Source: a virus. Taken from it: DNA of 45,571 nt. The stretch is from IMG/VR virus record IMGVR_UViG_3300045988_182896, positions 1 to 45,571 of that record. One strand, written 5' to 3'. Position 1 is the stretch's first letter; each line of letters begins with the position of its first letter. Both the position numbers and the translations under genes were made by a program. Positions 14,055-24,198 of the stretch are shown here, piece after piece. The notes below the pieces were generated by a model. That model saw only the letters and a list, made by a program, of their open reading frames with translations. It had not been told where the DNA came from and searched no databases.

Positions 14055-16708
14055 TAGTCAAAGCCCTCCTCCATCTTTCTTTTTGTTTTTTTCATCAACT
14101 TTGCTGCTTCTACCTCATCTATAGCCTTTGGCGAATAGAAATTATATGTATCTCCTCTTCCAGAATTATACGCTCTAGCTTCTTCAGCAGTCAATACCCT
14201 TTCACCTTTATGGAGTTCTGCAATATATCCGTCATATGGAACATAATCTAAACCATTAGCGTGTGAACCATCAACACTTCTTGCGCTTTCCATTGTCTCA
14301 CTATATCCTTTTTTTACACCTCCAAAAAAATCTTTTATGTCTTGCAATCTATCACTAAACCATTTTTTTATACTTCTCCATGTTTCTTTTAAACCATCAA
14401 ACAACCCTTGCATTATTTCTTTACCTTTTTCCTTCATACCTTCTGGCAGCTGCTTTAGCCATTCAATCACTACATTCCATTTTTCTTTCATTTTTCCTGG
14501 CAATTCAGTAAAAAATCTAATCACTTCGTCAATAAACCCTTTAGCAATATCTGTGGCTTTTTGCTTCATATGATTACCCCAAGTGATTATTCTGTCTATT
14601 GTAACAACAAGCCATTCTTTTATTCTATCAGGTAAAGTTTTAAACCATTCAATTATACCTTCTATAATTAAAGGTAAATCAACAGTTATCCAGTTCCAAC
14701 AATCAATTCCAAATTGTTTTAGTGAGTTCCATGAATTTATAAAAAACAACACTATTTTTGCTGCTAATTGACCTAAGAAATAACCTAATCTTTCTGGCAA
14801 CGTATCAAACCATGCAGGCAATGTTTCAGTAAAAAATGTTGGGATTTTTTCTGTAAAAAAACTGATAATACTATCTAGCCAGCCCTTTATTTTTTCTCTA
14901 AAACCATCACAATTATCCCATAATAACTTGAATATACCAGCAACTGGATTTACTAACAGCAATAGCAAACTCTTCCAGTTATTTTTAAAAAAATCACCTA
15001 TTTTTGAGAATATTTCTTTTATTTTTGCCCAACCATTTGTAAAAGCATTTTTTAAGCCTTCCCATGCTTTAACAACTATTTCCTTTATATTTTCCCAAAG
15101 ATTTATCCAAAAATTTCTAAAGCCTTCGCAGTTATCCCACAAATACTTAAAAATAGCAACAACGGCAACTATTGCAGCTATTATAATACCTACAGCACCA
15201 ACTGAACCTAACATTATTGGATTTATTGCCAATACAGCAGCCTTCACTACCGAAATTGCTTTTGCGACATTTGTGATAAATATTATCAATTTGCCACCAA
15301 TTAACAACAATGGCCCTATTGCAGCAACTATACCCAATATTGTCATTATTATCTTTTGTGCGGTTGGAGACATTTCTGCAAATCTATCAATTAAATTCCC
15401 TATGAATACAACAAAATTATGAAATGTTGGTAGAACATTTTCTGATAATGTAACGAACAAAACATGCAATTTATTTTTCAGCATTTCTATATTAGATTCT
15501 GTTGTTCCATATCTTGTTTCAGCTTCTTTTGACAAAGCTGTATTCTCTTCCCATGCCTCATTTGCAGTATCAAGAGCGTCAGTTAACACATTTTCTGATG
15601 TTGACATAGCCAAAATTGCATTAGACAATCTTACTTCTGTTATGCCCATACCTTCCAATATTTCAACCGCAGATTTACCATTTCTTTCTGTATCATTTAA
15701 TCCAGACACAAACAAACCTAATGCCTTTACAGCATCTTCACCGTATACTTTGTTGAATTCCTCAGCAGACACACCAGCTGCACTAGCAAAATTCTCCAAA
15801 GACTCAACATTAGACATGGCAGTTTTCAACTCATCAGAAGTTAATCCTATACTCCATGCTATTTGCTTAAATCTTTTGCCACTTTCATCTTGAATCTGAG
15901 TTAATTCCTTCAATGAAAATCCTGTTGCATCAATTTTACTTTTTGCATCTGGAAAACTTTTTGAAGCAACTTCTAACATCTTCAACAATTTTGAAACAGC
16001 TGTACCACCAGCTTGCGATTCTATACCTAATGAAGACATTGTTGTTGCCAATGCTGCCATTTGTGGCTCAGTCAAGCCAACTATTTCACCAGTTGATGCC
16101 AAATTTGTCATCATTTCAACTATGTCAGCTTCTGTAGTTGCAAAATTGTTACCTAGGTCAACTATAACAGAACCTAAATTATCATAGTCTTCAGCCGACA
16201 TCTTTGTTATATTTGCAAATTTTGCCAAAGCTGTAGCGGCTTGTTCAGAAGACAAATTTGTTGTGTCACCAAGTTGTACCATAACTTTGGTGAACGACAA
16301 TATATCTTCTGTTTTTATACCCAATTGACCAGCAGCCTCAGCAACACCAGCAATTTCTTCTGCACTTTCAGGCATAACCTTTGACATATTCAATATGCCT
16401 TGCTTTAATTCATCAAATTGCTCTTCAGTAGCATCAACTGTCTTTCTTACACCAGTAAATGCAGTTTCAAACTCAATACCAGCTTTTGTGACAGCAGCTC
16501 TCGCAGCCACTATAGGAGTTGTTACATACTTTGTCATTGTTGTACCAACTGAACTCATAGCGCTGCTGAGAGCTGTAGTTTTTTGAGATGTGGTCGCGGA
16601 TGTACTGTTAAATAATTTCAAATCAGCAAGAGCAGACTTAAATCCAGATTTGAAATTGCTGGTATCAAGCAACAAGTAACCAACAGCAGAACCAACATTA
16701 ACAGGCAT
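14054..16708 (-). CDS. Tail tape measure protein, 884 aa
   Basis: Length, Ala/Gly-rich helical N-terminal half (IAGVAEAAGQLGI), central TM-like block and W/F-rich repeats. Start set at ATG 16708, 8 nt after AGGAGG (16722..16717); the track's GTG 16717 is too close to the SD. Confidence 0.85.
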   Translation of the reverse strand: MPVNVGSAVGYLLLDTSNFKSGFKSALADLKLFNSTSATTSQKTTALSSAMSSVGTTMTKYVTTPIVAARAAVTKAGIEFETAFTGVRKTVDATEEQFDELKQGILNMSKVMPESAEEIAGVAEAAGQLGIKTEDILSFTKVMVQLGDTTNLSSEQAATALAKFANITKMSAEDYDNLGSVIVDLGNNFATTEADIVEMMTNLASTGEIVGLTEPQMAALATTMSSLGIESQAGGTAVSKLLKMLEVASKSFPDAKSKIDATGFSLKELTQIQDESGKRFKQIAWSIGLTSDELKTAMSNVESLENFASAAGVSAEEFNKVYGEDAVKALGLFVSGLNDTERNGKSAVEILEGMGITEVRLSNAILAMSTSENVLTDALDTANEAWEENTALSKEAETRYGTTESNIEMLKNKLHVLFVTLSENVLPTFHNFVVFIGNLIDRFAEMSPTAQKIIMTILGIVAAIGPLLLIGGKLIIFITNVAKAISVVKAAVLAINPIMLGSVGAVGIIIAAIVAVVAIFKYLWDNCEGFRNFWINLWENIKEIVVKAWEGLKNAFTNGWAKIKEIFSKIGDFFKNNWKSLLLLLVNPVAGIFKLLWDNCDGFREKIKGWLDSIISFFTEKIPTFFTETLPAWFDTLPERLGYFLGQLAAKIVLFFINSWNSLKQFGIDCWNWITVDLPLIIEGIIEWFKTLPDRIKEWLVVTIDRIITWGNHMKQKATDIAKGFIDEVIRFFTELPGKMKEKWNVVIEWLKQLPEGMKEKGKEIMQGLFDGLKETWRSIKKWFSDRLQDIKDFFGGVKKGYSETMESARSVDGSHANGLDYVPYDGYIAELHKGERVLTAEEARAYNSGRGDTYNFYSPKAIDEVEAAKLMKKTKRKMEEGFD

Positions 16709-16723
16709 GCAATACACCTCCTA

Positions 16724-16933
16724 TTATGCATATTGCCTATACATTTCTGAAAAACTATTATATTTTACCCTAAATATAGGCTCTTCACCATTATCTATCC
16801 TAGACATTATAATGTCACAAGCCTCATCAAAGCAATATGCCGTGTATTCATCATCTAGATGTATTACCTCGCTTGGCAAGCATCTAAACCTTTTCGCCAT
16901 TGACAATACATTTATTATACGTTTACTCTTCAC
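16724..16933 (-). CDS. Tail assembly chaperone, downstream (gpT-like) segment, 69 aa
   Basis: Position between gpG-like and TMP genes. It has no SD of its own and lies in the +1 frame relative to the upstream chaperone. Confidence 0.5.
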   Translation of the reverse strand: MKSKRIINVLSMAKRFRCLPSEVIHLDDEYTAYCFDEACDIIMSRIDNGEEPIFRVKYNSFSEMYRQYA

Positions 16934-17318
16934 GAAAGGATTCTAGTGCTTTTACACCATTCTGAGTGTAATTAAAGATAAACATATATTGGTCATCTGT
17001 TAATTCTACACCAGCCTCTTTTATTTCAGAATATTTAGGTTCAACAAATGTTGCTTCGCAAATAATATCAAGAACCCCAAACACATCTCCTAAAGCCTCT
17101 TCATTATTTGTGTCTATATTGCCATTGGCAAATAATTCATTTGCAGATTTCAGCAAAGAATTCGGTATTTTACCAGCCTTTATCATAGCAAGCAATGATG
17201 GCCTTTTCAACTTTGCAACAAACGGTTGTCCTTCCGCAAAATTAGGCAATACTACAACCTTACCAGATGAATACTGCTTTAATTCTTCTAATGATGTTAT
17301 ACTCAATTCTTTACTCAT
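16923..17318 (-). CDS. Tail assembly chaperone (gpG-like), 131 aa
   Basis: Position between the major tail protein and the TMP. Acidic, and of typical size. Confidence 0.6.
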   Translation of the reverse strand: MSKELSITSLEELKQYSSGKVVVLPNFAEGQPFVAKLKRPSLLAMIKAGKIPNSLLKSANELFANGNIDTNNEEALGDVFGVLDIICEATFVEPKYSEIKEAGVELTDDQYMFIFNYTQNGVKALESFREE

Positions 17319-17339
17319 TATTATTTACCTCACTTATTA

Positions 17340-17906
17340 TTATGAAACAGCAGGCAAAACATCCACATATGTAATTTCATATGGAGCTTCACCAGTATTT
17401 GGAGCAGAGTTTATCGTATATTCTGGTGCTCTAAACACACCATCTTCAGATGAAAAAGCTATAGGATTACCAATGCAATTTGGATAAGATATTTTTTCAT
17501 AACCAGTTATTATTCCAGCTGCGTTATAAATAGCAGAATATGCGTTTAATGTACCTGGTGTACCCTTATCATTACTACCAGCAACCGGAGGAGTATAACC
17601 TATTACTTTTGTTGAATCTTTGGTATCATATTTTATAGTACCGCCCTGCAATAATTTCACCAATTCTGGATTAAACACATTATCCGTCAATGTAATAGTG
17701 TTGCCAGTTATTGTGTTTATAGCTGGCTTCTGTGCTCTCAACTTGCCCTTCACAACAAGCTTAACAGCCTCTTCTGTTTCCATCTGCACTTCAACACCAA
17801 TTTTTGATGCTGTATCTAGTGCAATTTCTGTGCCATCTTGACCAGTTGAATATGTCACAAGTGCAACATCAATAGTTGGAATTTCATTTCCTTTTTTTAA
17901 CGCCAT
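17340..17906 (-). CDS. Major tail protein, 188 aa
   Basis: Synteny plus a Thr/Gly-rich beta-type sequence (MALKKGNEIPTIDVALVTYSTGQDGTEIALDTASKIGVEVQ) typical of TP901/phi13-type major tail proteins. Confidence 0.7.
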   Translation of the reverse strand: MALKKGNEIPTIDVALVTYSTGQDGTEIALDTASKIGVEVQMETEEAVKLVVKGKLRAQKPAINTITGNTITLTDNVFNPELVKLLQGGTIKYDTKDSTKVIGYTPPVAGSNDKGTPGTLNAYSAIYNAAGIITGYEKISYPNCIGNPIAFSSEDGVFRAPEYTINSAPNTGEAPYEITYVDVLPAVS

Positions 17907-17910
17907 AATA

Positions 17911-18288
17911 CTACCTCCATTTTTTAAAGTAATAACACGAAAAACTTATCATATGAGCTTTTACATTATCATCATAGAATGAGCTAGATTCATCATGCTC
18001 CAGCCTTATCATTGGCCTCAATTCACTTAGAATGTCTTTAATTGTTTCAACAAAAACTCTTAGCTCACTATATCTATTCAATGGGACGTAACACAAAACT
18101 TGAATATACTCTTTATCGGTTGTATATGTCTCAAATTGTGTTGACCCTCCTTCTTTTATGACAACATATTTTTCTAAACATATTCCATCTTTTTGCCCTG
18201 GGGAATAAACATCAATGCTGTTCTTCTTCAGTATATTATATACATCTTGCCATCTTGATTCTCTATAGTCATAGTTTGCATCAATCAA
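17911..18288 (-). CDS. Tail terminator / tail completion protein (by position), 125 aa
   Basis: Synteny only. Confidence 0.4.
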   Translation of the reverse strand: MIDANYDYRESRWQDVYNILKKNSIDVYSPGQKDGICLEKYVVIKEGGSTQFETYTTDKEYIQVLCYVPLNRYSELRVFVETIKDILSELRPMIRLEHDESSSFYDDNVKAHMISFSCYYFKKWR

Positions 18289-18640
18289 CTTTTCCTACCT
18301 TCCCCATTATGTTGCTTAAACCTCTTATAACCTTAGGGCCTTCTATCTTTATAGTTGGTGCTATTATTGCATATTTTTGCTCATGAGCATACTCCAAATA
18401 TACACCATACCAGACATTTTGTGATAATTTTATTCTGTGCCCTTCATCATATCTTTCTAATTCACCTTTTAATCTATTTCTTGCTGCTCCAGTTCTATCT
18501 GTCCACAGCCTATTTTCTTTCATATATTTTTCCATCTTCAATGCAGATGTTTGTCCATACATTTTTATTGCTGCATCTGTCTTATTTTCCAAAGACATTA
18601 TCCCGTTTAGAAGATTATTATACTCAAACCTAAATGCCAT
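18281..18640 (-). CDS. HK97 gp10-like head-tail joining protein, 119 aa
   Basis: WTDRTGAARNRL resembles the gp10-family TG.LR motif. Synteny supports the call. Confidence 0.5.
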   Translation of the reverse strand: MAFRFEYNNLLNGIMSLENKTDAAIKMYGQTSALKMEKYMKENRLWTDRTGAARNRLKGELERYDEGHRIKLSQNVWYGVYLEYAHEQKYAIIAPTIKIEGPKVIRGLSNIMGKVGKVD

Positions 18641-18988
18641 TTATATCAACTCTAGTGCTATATCAAAACATATACCTAATCTACCGACATCATTTATTGT
18701 TATAAATTTATATATATTGCCCCTGATTTCACACGTGTCACCCAAATTAACTTTATGAACTTCGTTAAATAAAACCATTAACAATGGCTTTTCTTCACTA
18801 AAATATGACGCATTTTCATTTTGTAAAAAATTACTTTTTGCTGTATGAAAAATTCCATTTAGCTCATATCTTTTGCCATATTTATTACTTTCACCAAATT
18901 CATTTTTAGTTTTATGACTACACACTATTTTTTCTGAATTGAAATCAAATTTTGCCTTCAGATTCATAGCGGCAAAATCTTTTAACAC
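18641..18988 (-). CDS. Head closure / head-tail adaptor (by position), 115 aa
   Basis: Synteny only. Confidence 0.4.
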   Translation of the reverse strand: MLKDFAAMNLKAKFDFNSEKIVCSHKTKNEFGESNKYGKRYELNGIFHTAKSNFLQNENASYFSEEKPLLMVLFNEVHKVNLGDTCEIRGNIYKFITINDVGRLGICFDIALELI

Positions 18989-19245
18989 TAAAAACCGCCA
19001 CCTAATATACCAGAATTTCTTGGTTTATATCTTTGTGCCAATCTTAAAAAATAACCTGACGTATCTGCCGTGGATAGACCAGATATATTTAATGATGTAT
19101 CTTGGCTTTTTAAAATTAAACAATGGTACGCTGTTTGTGACACATCATTACCATTTTCTTTCAAATAAAATTCAAGCTCTTCATCGGTAAAATATCTAAT
19201 TTTATCTTCTAACAGAATCTTTTTCAATCTATCCACAGCAGACAT
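18988..19245 (-). CDS. Head-tail connector (gp6-like, by position), 85 aa
   Basis: Synteny and size. Confidence 0.4.
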   Translation of the reverse strand: MSAVDRLKKILLEDKIRYFTDEELEFYLKENGNDVSQTAYHCLILKSQDTSLNISGLSTADTSGYFLRLAQRYKPRNSGILGGGF

Positions 19246-19247
19246 TG

Positions 19248-19514
19248 CTACATTAACTCCTTAATAGCCGCTTTTATCTCTTTTCTCGACCTCATTTCAG
19301 AAACATCTATGCCTAATGATTCGGCATATTCTTTTAATTCATCACTTGTCATTTCACTCATTGGCTTTGTTATGCCAATATCTACACTTGAGGTCTCTTC
19401 AACATCTTCTTGAACATTTTTATTAACCTTAACCCAACCAGCCTTTTTATAGAATTCTTCAAAAGCTGATTTTGTAACGATTAACTTTCTTTCACCATCA
19501 CAAATACTAATCAT
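19248..19514 (-). CDS. Small protein with a C-terminal Rho-N/SAP-like HeH motif, 88 aa
   Basis: SDELKEYAESLGIDVSEMRSRKEIKAAIKEL is a helix-extension-helix motif. The gene lies just after the capsid gene. Confidence 0.45.
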   Translation of the reverse strand: MISICDGERKLIVTKSAFEEFYKKAGWVKVNKNVQEDVEETSSVDIGITKPMSEMTSDELKEYAESLGIDVSEMRSRKEIKAAIKELM

Positions 19515-19531
19515 AAGCTTCTTTCTCCAAT

Positions 19532-20575
19532 TTAAGCAGTTGTATCAAGAATATATACAGAATCTGCAGCTTCAAATGATGGAAGTGAAATCATTGTAGC
19601 CTTTGTTTCAACGTTCACTGGATCAGTTCTTTTCATTGTAGTAACAGCTACACCAGTATCTACAAGAGATGTCATAGCATCCGTTACAGAACCAGACATC
19701 AAATCACTTTCTTCTGGTGTTGTACCAAACCATGTTGTACCAAGCTTACCGGCGGGGAACAAAACAAACGTATCATCAGGTACATATTTTGTTTGGTCAC
19801 CACTCTCATCCTTATATAGTTTTGTATTCACAACAACATCAATACCATATGCATCAAGCAAATGCTGTTTTAGCTGTGAATCTGTAAGCGTTGCATTGCC
19901 ATTAGACAGCACAAACACAGATTTTATAAATTTTTCATTTGCAAGCATATTAGCCCATACACCACGACCGCATACTGCTCTAGCTGGTGTTACACCAGTA
20001 TCATCTTCTATCTTTGCGATACCTTCAAGAATATCACCACCAATATCTGCAGTTGTAGTAGACCACGATGTAGTTACAGTCGCCTTGTGGCTGCTAGGCA
20101 AACCATAATCATATGTATAAGATTGGCCATTTGCAGAAATAGAAATAGCACCAGTAGTCAGCATCATCATTCGCATTCTTTCTCTTTGAGCAGCAGCACC
20201 TTCTATCAAATTCATGCTGTCATTAAACACTCTATTGAGAACGGCATCAATATAATTCTGATTTCCAGTAGCCAAAACCATATTTAACTGCTGACGAAGC
20301 TGCTCATCAATATACAAAGACTCTTTGAAGAATGGCATTTCTGCAGAAAGCTTGTCAAAACCAATTCTTGCTCTTGGTACAGCAACGGCATCAAATGCAG
20401 ATGGCTTCAAAACAACAGGTATTCCAGCGGAACCTTTTATCCAACTCAAGTCCAAACCAAGCTTTTTATCATTGGGAAACAATTCTTCACCAAGATATGG
20501 TGCTCTGTCTTTCGAAAACAATTCCCAATATGATGCTACTTCTGTAGCAGTAACCAAATCAAAAATACTAGGCAT
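19532..20575 (-). CDS. Major capsid protein, lambda gpE family, 347 aa
   Basis: The N-terminus MPSIFDLVTATEVASYWELFSKDRAPYLGEELFPNDKKLGLDLSWIKG is typical of the Phage_cap_E family. Size and synteny agree. Confidence 0.8.
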   Translation of the reverse strand: MPSIFDLVTATEVASYWELFSKDRAPYLGEELFPNDKKLGLDLSWIKGSAGIPVVLKPSAFDAVAVPRARIGFDKLSAEMPFFKESLYIDEQLRQQLNMVLATGNQNYIDAVLNRVFNDSMNLIEGAAAQRERMRMMMLTTGAISISANGQSYTYDYGLPSSHKATVTTSWSTTTADIGGDILEGIAKIEDDTGVTPARAVCGRGVWANMLANEKFIKSVFVLSNGNATLTDSQLKQHLLDAYGIDVVVNTKLYKDESGDQTKYVPDDTFVLFPAGKLGTTWFGTTPEESDLMSGSVTDAMTSLVDTGVAVTTMKRTDPVNVETKATMISLPSFEAADSVYILDTTA

Positions 20576-20591
20576 AATTTACTCCTCCTTA

Positions 20592-20987
20592 TTATTTCAA
20601 AAATGTAATACTGCCTTTTAACGCCGTTTCAACATAATCAGTTATGAGCGCCGCAGTTGTTGTGTCAATCTTATTCAAATCAACAAACCCCGAAATTAAA
20701 ACAGTACCATTATTGCTTCCATCTGTCACGTCTACATCATGAAGCAATATGCAAATTGCATCTGATACTGCACTTGAAGAACCTGCAGATGCTTTTGTAA
20801 ATGCTGTCGTTCTAGCTTTTAGGCTACCAGTAAGAGGCGTACCAGCTTTTATAACTTTCCTACCATCACTACCAGCAGTAACATTGCTATCACTAATCAC
20901 AGCACCAACGGCTACATAATGTTGTGTTTCAAAAAGAATTTGATTTGGTGCAACTGCACTTACAGTTCTAATACCAGTTTTATTCAT
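20592..20987 (-). CDS. Head decoration protein (gpD position), 131 aa
   Basis: Synteny between the scaffold and a gpE-type capsid gene. The composition is Gly/Ser/Thr/Val-rich and beta-type. Confidence 0.5.
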   Translation of the reverse strand: MNKTGIRTVSAVAPNQILFETQHYVAVGAVISDSNVTAGSDGRKVIKAGTPLTGSLKARTTAFTKASAGSSSAVSDAICILLHDVDVTDGSNNGTVLISGFVDLNKIDTTTAALITDYVETALKGSITFLK

Positions 20988-21003
20988 TTTTATTCCTCCT
21001 TAA

Positions 21004-21678
21004 TTACTTAAAATAATGAGATTTTGTATCATTTTGCATTTTGCTAGCCATTCTTTCGGCAAATGTTTGTTTTTTGCCTTCTAGTTTTTTATGCTCACCT
21101 TTGCCTCCCGTATTTTCAGGATTTATACCAAATAACAATGGGTATTTTTTTGAAAACTCATCAACTGCAATTTCAAAATCATCTATGTCACATTCCATAC
21201 CTACCTTAGCATTTATGAATACAAGAACATCATCAATATTTTCTTTTGGACACCCAAGATTTATAAGCGAAAATTTTCTTTCAGCATTTATTGCTCTCTC
21301 ATTAGCAATTGTAACTTCATCGTCATTACTTTCAATGCCTTGGTTATCATCACCATTACTGCCTTTTGCAATTATAGCCAATGCTTCATCAACAGTTTTC
21401 ACACCAAGAGCTTTCAAAATTGCTTTTCTACCACTTTGCTTCTCTTTTTTCATCAGTCTTTGCAATTCTTCCATTGTTTTTGGCAACTTGTCATTATCGT
21501 CAGAATTGTCTTCATTATCGCCTTCATTCTGACCACTATTATCTTCTGCACTATTGCCATCATTACCATTATCATTTCCACTGTTATTACCGTGTTCTCC
21601 ACCTTCACCAGGAACACCAATAATAGGTATAATTGGCAAACACAAAATTATAAATAGAAGTTTTTTTAATGTTTTCAT
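21004..21678 (-). CDS. Scaffold protein (DUF4355-like core) with a hydrophobic N-terminal segment and an Asn/Asp/Gly-rich linker, 224 aa
   Basis: ELQRLMKKEKQSGRKAILKALGV is scaffold-like. SD GGAAGGAG precedes ATG 21678. The N-terminus LLFIILCLPIIPIIGV is signal-like. Confidence 0.55.
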   Translation of the reverse strand: MKTLKKLLFIILCLPIIPIIGVPGEGGEHGNNSGNDNGNDGNSAEDNSGQNEGDNEDNSDDNDKLPKTMEELQRLMKKEKQSGRKAILKALGVKTVDEALAIIAKGSNGDDNQGIESNDDEVTIANERAINAERKFSLINLGCPKENIDDVLVFINAKVGMECDIDDFEIAVDEFSKKYPLLFGINPENTGGKGEHKKLEGKKQTFAERMASKMQNDTKSHYFK

Positions 21679-21754
21679 TTTTTACTCCTTCCAAGAAAAA
21701 AGCTTGGTCTTTATTCCAATTTTTTAAGTTAATTGGTAAAAACTTTCTATATAT

Positions 21755-21783
21755 ATTATATAATATTATAGCTAAAATGTACA
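21755..21783 (-). promoter_or_regulatory. Promoter D: -35 TGTACA (21783..21778), 17-nt spacer, TATAAT (21760..21755)
   Basis: Minus strand reads AACTGTGTACATTTTAGCTATAATATTATATAATATATAG. A second TATAAT lies at 21770..21765. The element overlaps the 3' end of the head morphogenesis gene. Confidence 0.5.
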
Positions 21784-21787
21784 CAGT

Positions 21788-22693
21788 TTATTTTTTAAAC
21801 ATTACATTATACCAATCATCCAAATCTTTATTTTCTTCTCCACCCAGCCAACTAGATATATCATTACTAATCTCATCATATGTCTTACTAACTTCCGGAG
21901 CATATGAACATAATCCATTTGGGTGGTCTAATGGCAATGCATCTTTTGGATAAACAACCCCATCACGTTCTAAACAAACCTCACATGTTCTTTCTGTATT
22001 TGCAGAAAGCCATTTTATCCCATCTACAAACGGATTATCTTTGCAAACTACAATTATTGACTGTTGATAGGCATGACTTATTAGCGTTCTTGCTAACCTT
22101 TGTGAATTATATTCAATTTTTTTATTTGTTCCTGGGTAAACTTTGCTCCAGTCCCACATTTTTGTTGCTGATGGATTCACGTATCTTTCTAAATCCTTAG
22201 CAATTTCAAATACACCTTTTCCTTCAGCAACACCTTTTGCTAATATATAATCTATATCTTTTCTAATTTTATCATAATTATTCCAAATAGCTCTACTTAA
22301 TGTCCAATTGCCAGAATATACACTTCCGCTTATTATACTCGCAACCACATCAGTTGGCACATTGCCATATGCACCAAGTTCTGATAGTCCAATTAATGAA
22401 TTAAATCTATTAGCATCTCCTACAACATATCCTGATACATTATACATACCATTTTTTATTGTGCTTTGAATATCGTTTGATACACTTCTAGATTTTTCTT
22501 TTAGTTCATTTGCTAAAAAAATAAGCTGTAATTGCTTAATTGAATCAGAAACTGACCTAATAGACATGCTTTTGACTTGTCTTGAAAATTTATCGGACAT
22601 ATCCTGATACATTTTGCTTATATCGTATTCAATTTGTTTTGTTATATTTTTTCTTAATTTGTCACTTTTTGTAAGCGAAAATATATTTGACAT
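21788..22693 (-). CDS. Head morphogenesis protein (SPP1 gp7 / MuF family), 301 aa
   Basis: Position after the portal gene. NSQRLARTLISHAYQQS and a C-terminal C.VC....G motif are typical of gp7/MuF proteins. Confidence 0.7.
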   Translation of the reverse strand: MSNIFSLTKSDKLRKNITKQIEYDISKMYQDMSDKFSRQVKSMSIRSVSDSIKQLQLIFLANELKEKSRSVSNDIQSTIKNGMYNVSGYVVGDANRFNSLIGLSELGAYGNVPTDVVASIISGSVYSGNWTLSRAIWNNYDKIRKDIDYILAKGVAEGKGVFEIAKDLERYVNPSATKMWDWSKVYPGTNKKIEYNSQRLARTLISHAYQQSIIVVCKDNPFVDGIKWLSANTERTCEVCLERDGVVYPKDALPLDHPNGLCSYAPEVSKTYDEISNDISSWLGGEENKDLDDWYNVMFKK

Positions 22694-22695
22694 AA

Positions 22696-24198
22696 CTATT
22701 CTTCAAGACCTATTGGTGGATTGTAAAATGAATCTTCTATAATTTGTCTTTCTATTGCAATTTGTCTCAGTTCTTCTTCAACTTCAGCATCATTTAATCC
22801 TCTCCATTTCTTCATATATGACTTTTTACTCATTGTTTGTTGAGCAACCTCTGCCAAGTCATTATTTTTTTCTTCTGTTTCATCCTCTGGCAACAAATAA
22901 TTATTCTCAACCACAATGCTAAAATCCACATCAGGAATTTTATCTTTTGAATATCGTAAAACAGATAAGGGATATAGTATAGACCCATCTATAATTATTC
23001 TTGCTATTTTTTCTAAAGCAGGTCTCCATGCCAACATTTTTTCTTCACATCTGGCTGTTAACCCCCAGTATATTGCCTTAAGTGTTTTGCCAGATGACAC
23101 TACCCCTTTTAATGCTTCAGGGGTAGTATCTGGCATATCAACTTGTTCTAACATGCTATTCTTTATTCTATTTAATGTATTTGTCAATGGAGATGAATAG
23201 CTCATTGTACTTTCTAGAATACCAACAGCACCCTGGAATATATCATCTTGATTTTGGTCAGACGCTAAATCCCAAAATGCACCTGGTGCAACAGATAGGT
23301 TTTTTGTAGAATTTGGGTCCATATCTCTAGACCATTTTATTGGATTCATATTTTGGCGTTCAGAATCTATATCAGCATTTGAAAGTCTACTAAACCATGC
23401 TTCATAATCATCTAACTGTTCAACTTCTGACATTCCAGACATATCACCAGTTAAGCCATCATTTATAATCACTCCGCCTGGTATATATGAAAATCTTGTT
23501 GTTTTATCTTTTTCTATTACCTCGACTTCATTACCAATACCATCATAAACAATCTCTGTTACATGACAAAAACCTTCTTGCATCCAATATTTCTTCTTAT
23601 ATATCCGCTGCTCTTCTTTGTCTTTCATATCGTTAAGCTGGTAGAAAATAACAAGCTTCGTTAATTCATCTATGTCATCATCAGCTGTTTCGTATATAAA
23701 TTCCAATGACGGCACAAATGTTATTTTTTGTACTTTAGCTAGCTCATCAAAATTAACAATATATGCTATTCTTCTGCCTATAAAACAATCTTTTGCAGCT
23801 TTAACGAGTTTTGAGCTAAATAGATTTCTAGAAAGAACATTGTTAACAAGATTTTGTAATATAGTAGCATTCTTCTTGTTTGTTTCATTATTGCTATCAC
23901 CAGCATTTACATAAAAATCTGGCGCTTTGCCAAACAAAAATCTTGCTTCCTTATTTATAATTGATGCTATCTCTCTAAAGCGCAAATCTGATGGCACATA
24001 ATTACCATTTGAGCCTTCTGTTAAAAATTTTGCACCATTATCATATATGTCATAGAATCTTAGTAAATCAGCAAATTCACTTAAGACCTTCGAGCCATAT
24101 AATCCTTCTAACTCAACGTCTATAATATTTTGTGGCATCATTTGCCTAGCATATAAGTTAAAATCTATTATTTCGCTAGCCTTTTCCATGTTAACCAA
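22696..24198 (-). CDS. Portal protein (SPP1 gp6-like), about 497-500 aa
   Basis: Size, synteny and acidic composition. The start may be ATG 24189 (MEKAS). Confidence 0.75.
   Translation of the reverse strand: MVNMEKASEIIDFNLYARQMMPQNIIDVELEGLYGSKVLSEFADLLRFYDIYDNGAKFLTEGSNGNYVPSDLRFREIASIINKEARFLFGKAPDFYVNAGDSNNETNKKNATILQNLVNNVLSRNLFSSKLVKAAKDCFIGRRIAYIVNFDELAKVQKITFVPSLEFIYETADDDIDELTKLVIFYQLNDMKDKEEQRIYKKKYWMQEGFCHVTEIVYDGIGNEVEVIEKDKTTRFSYIPGGVIINDGLTGDMSGMSEVEQLDDYEAWFSRLSNADIDSERQNMNPIKWSRDMDPNSTKNLSVAPGAFWDLASDQNQDDIFQGAVGILESTMSYSSPLTNTLNRIKNSMLEQVDMPDTTPEALKGVVSSGKTLKAIYWGLTARCEEKMLAWRPALEKIARIIIDGSILYPLSVLRYSKDKIPDVDFSIVVENNYLLPEDETEEKNNDLAEVAQQTMSKKSYMKKWRGLNDAEVEEELRQIAIERQIIEDSFYNPPIGLEE

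Noticed and set aside
16923-16960. A canonical -1 programmed frameshift (XXXYYYZ) in the tail chaperone overlap
   Set aside because: There is no slippery heptamer. The downstream ORF is in the +1 frame and is closed by TAG seven codons upstream of the overlap.
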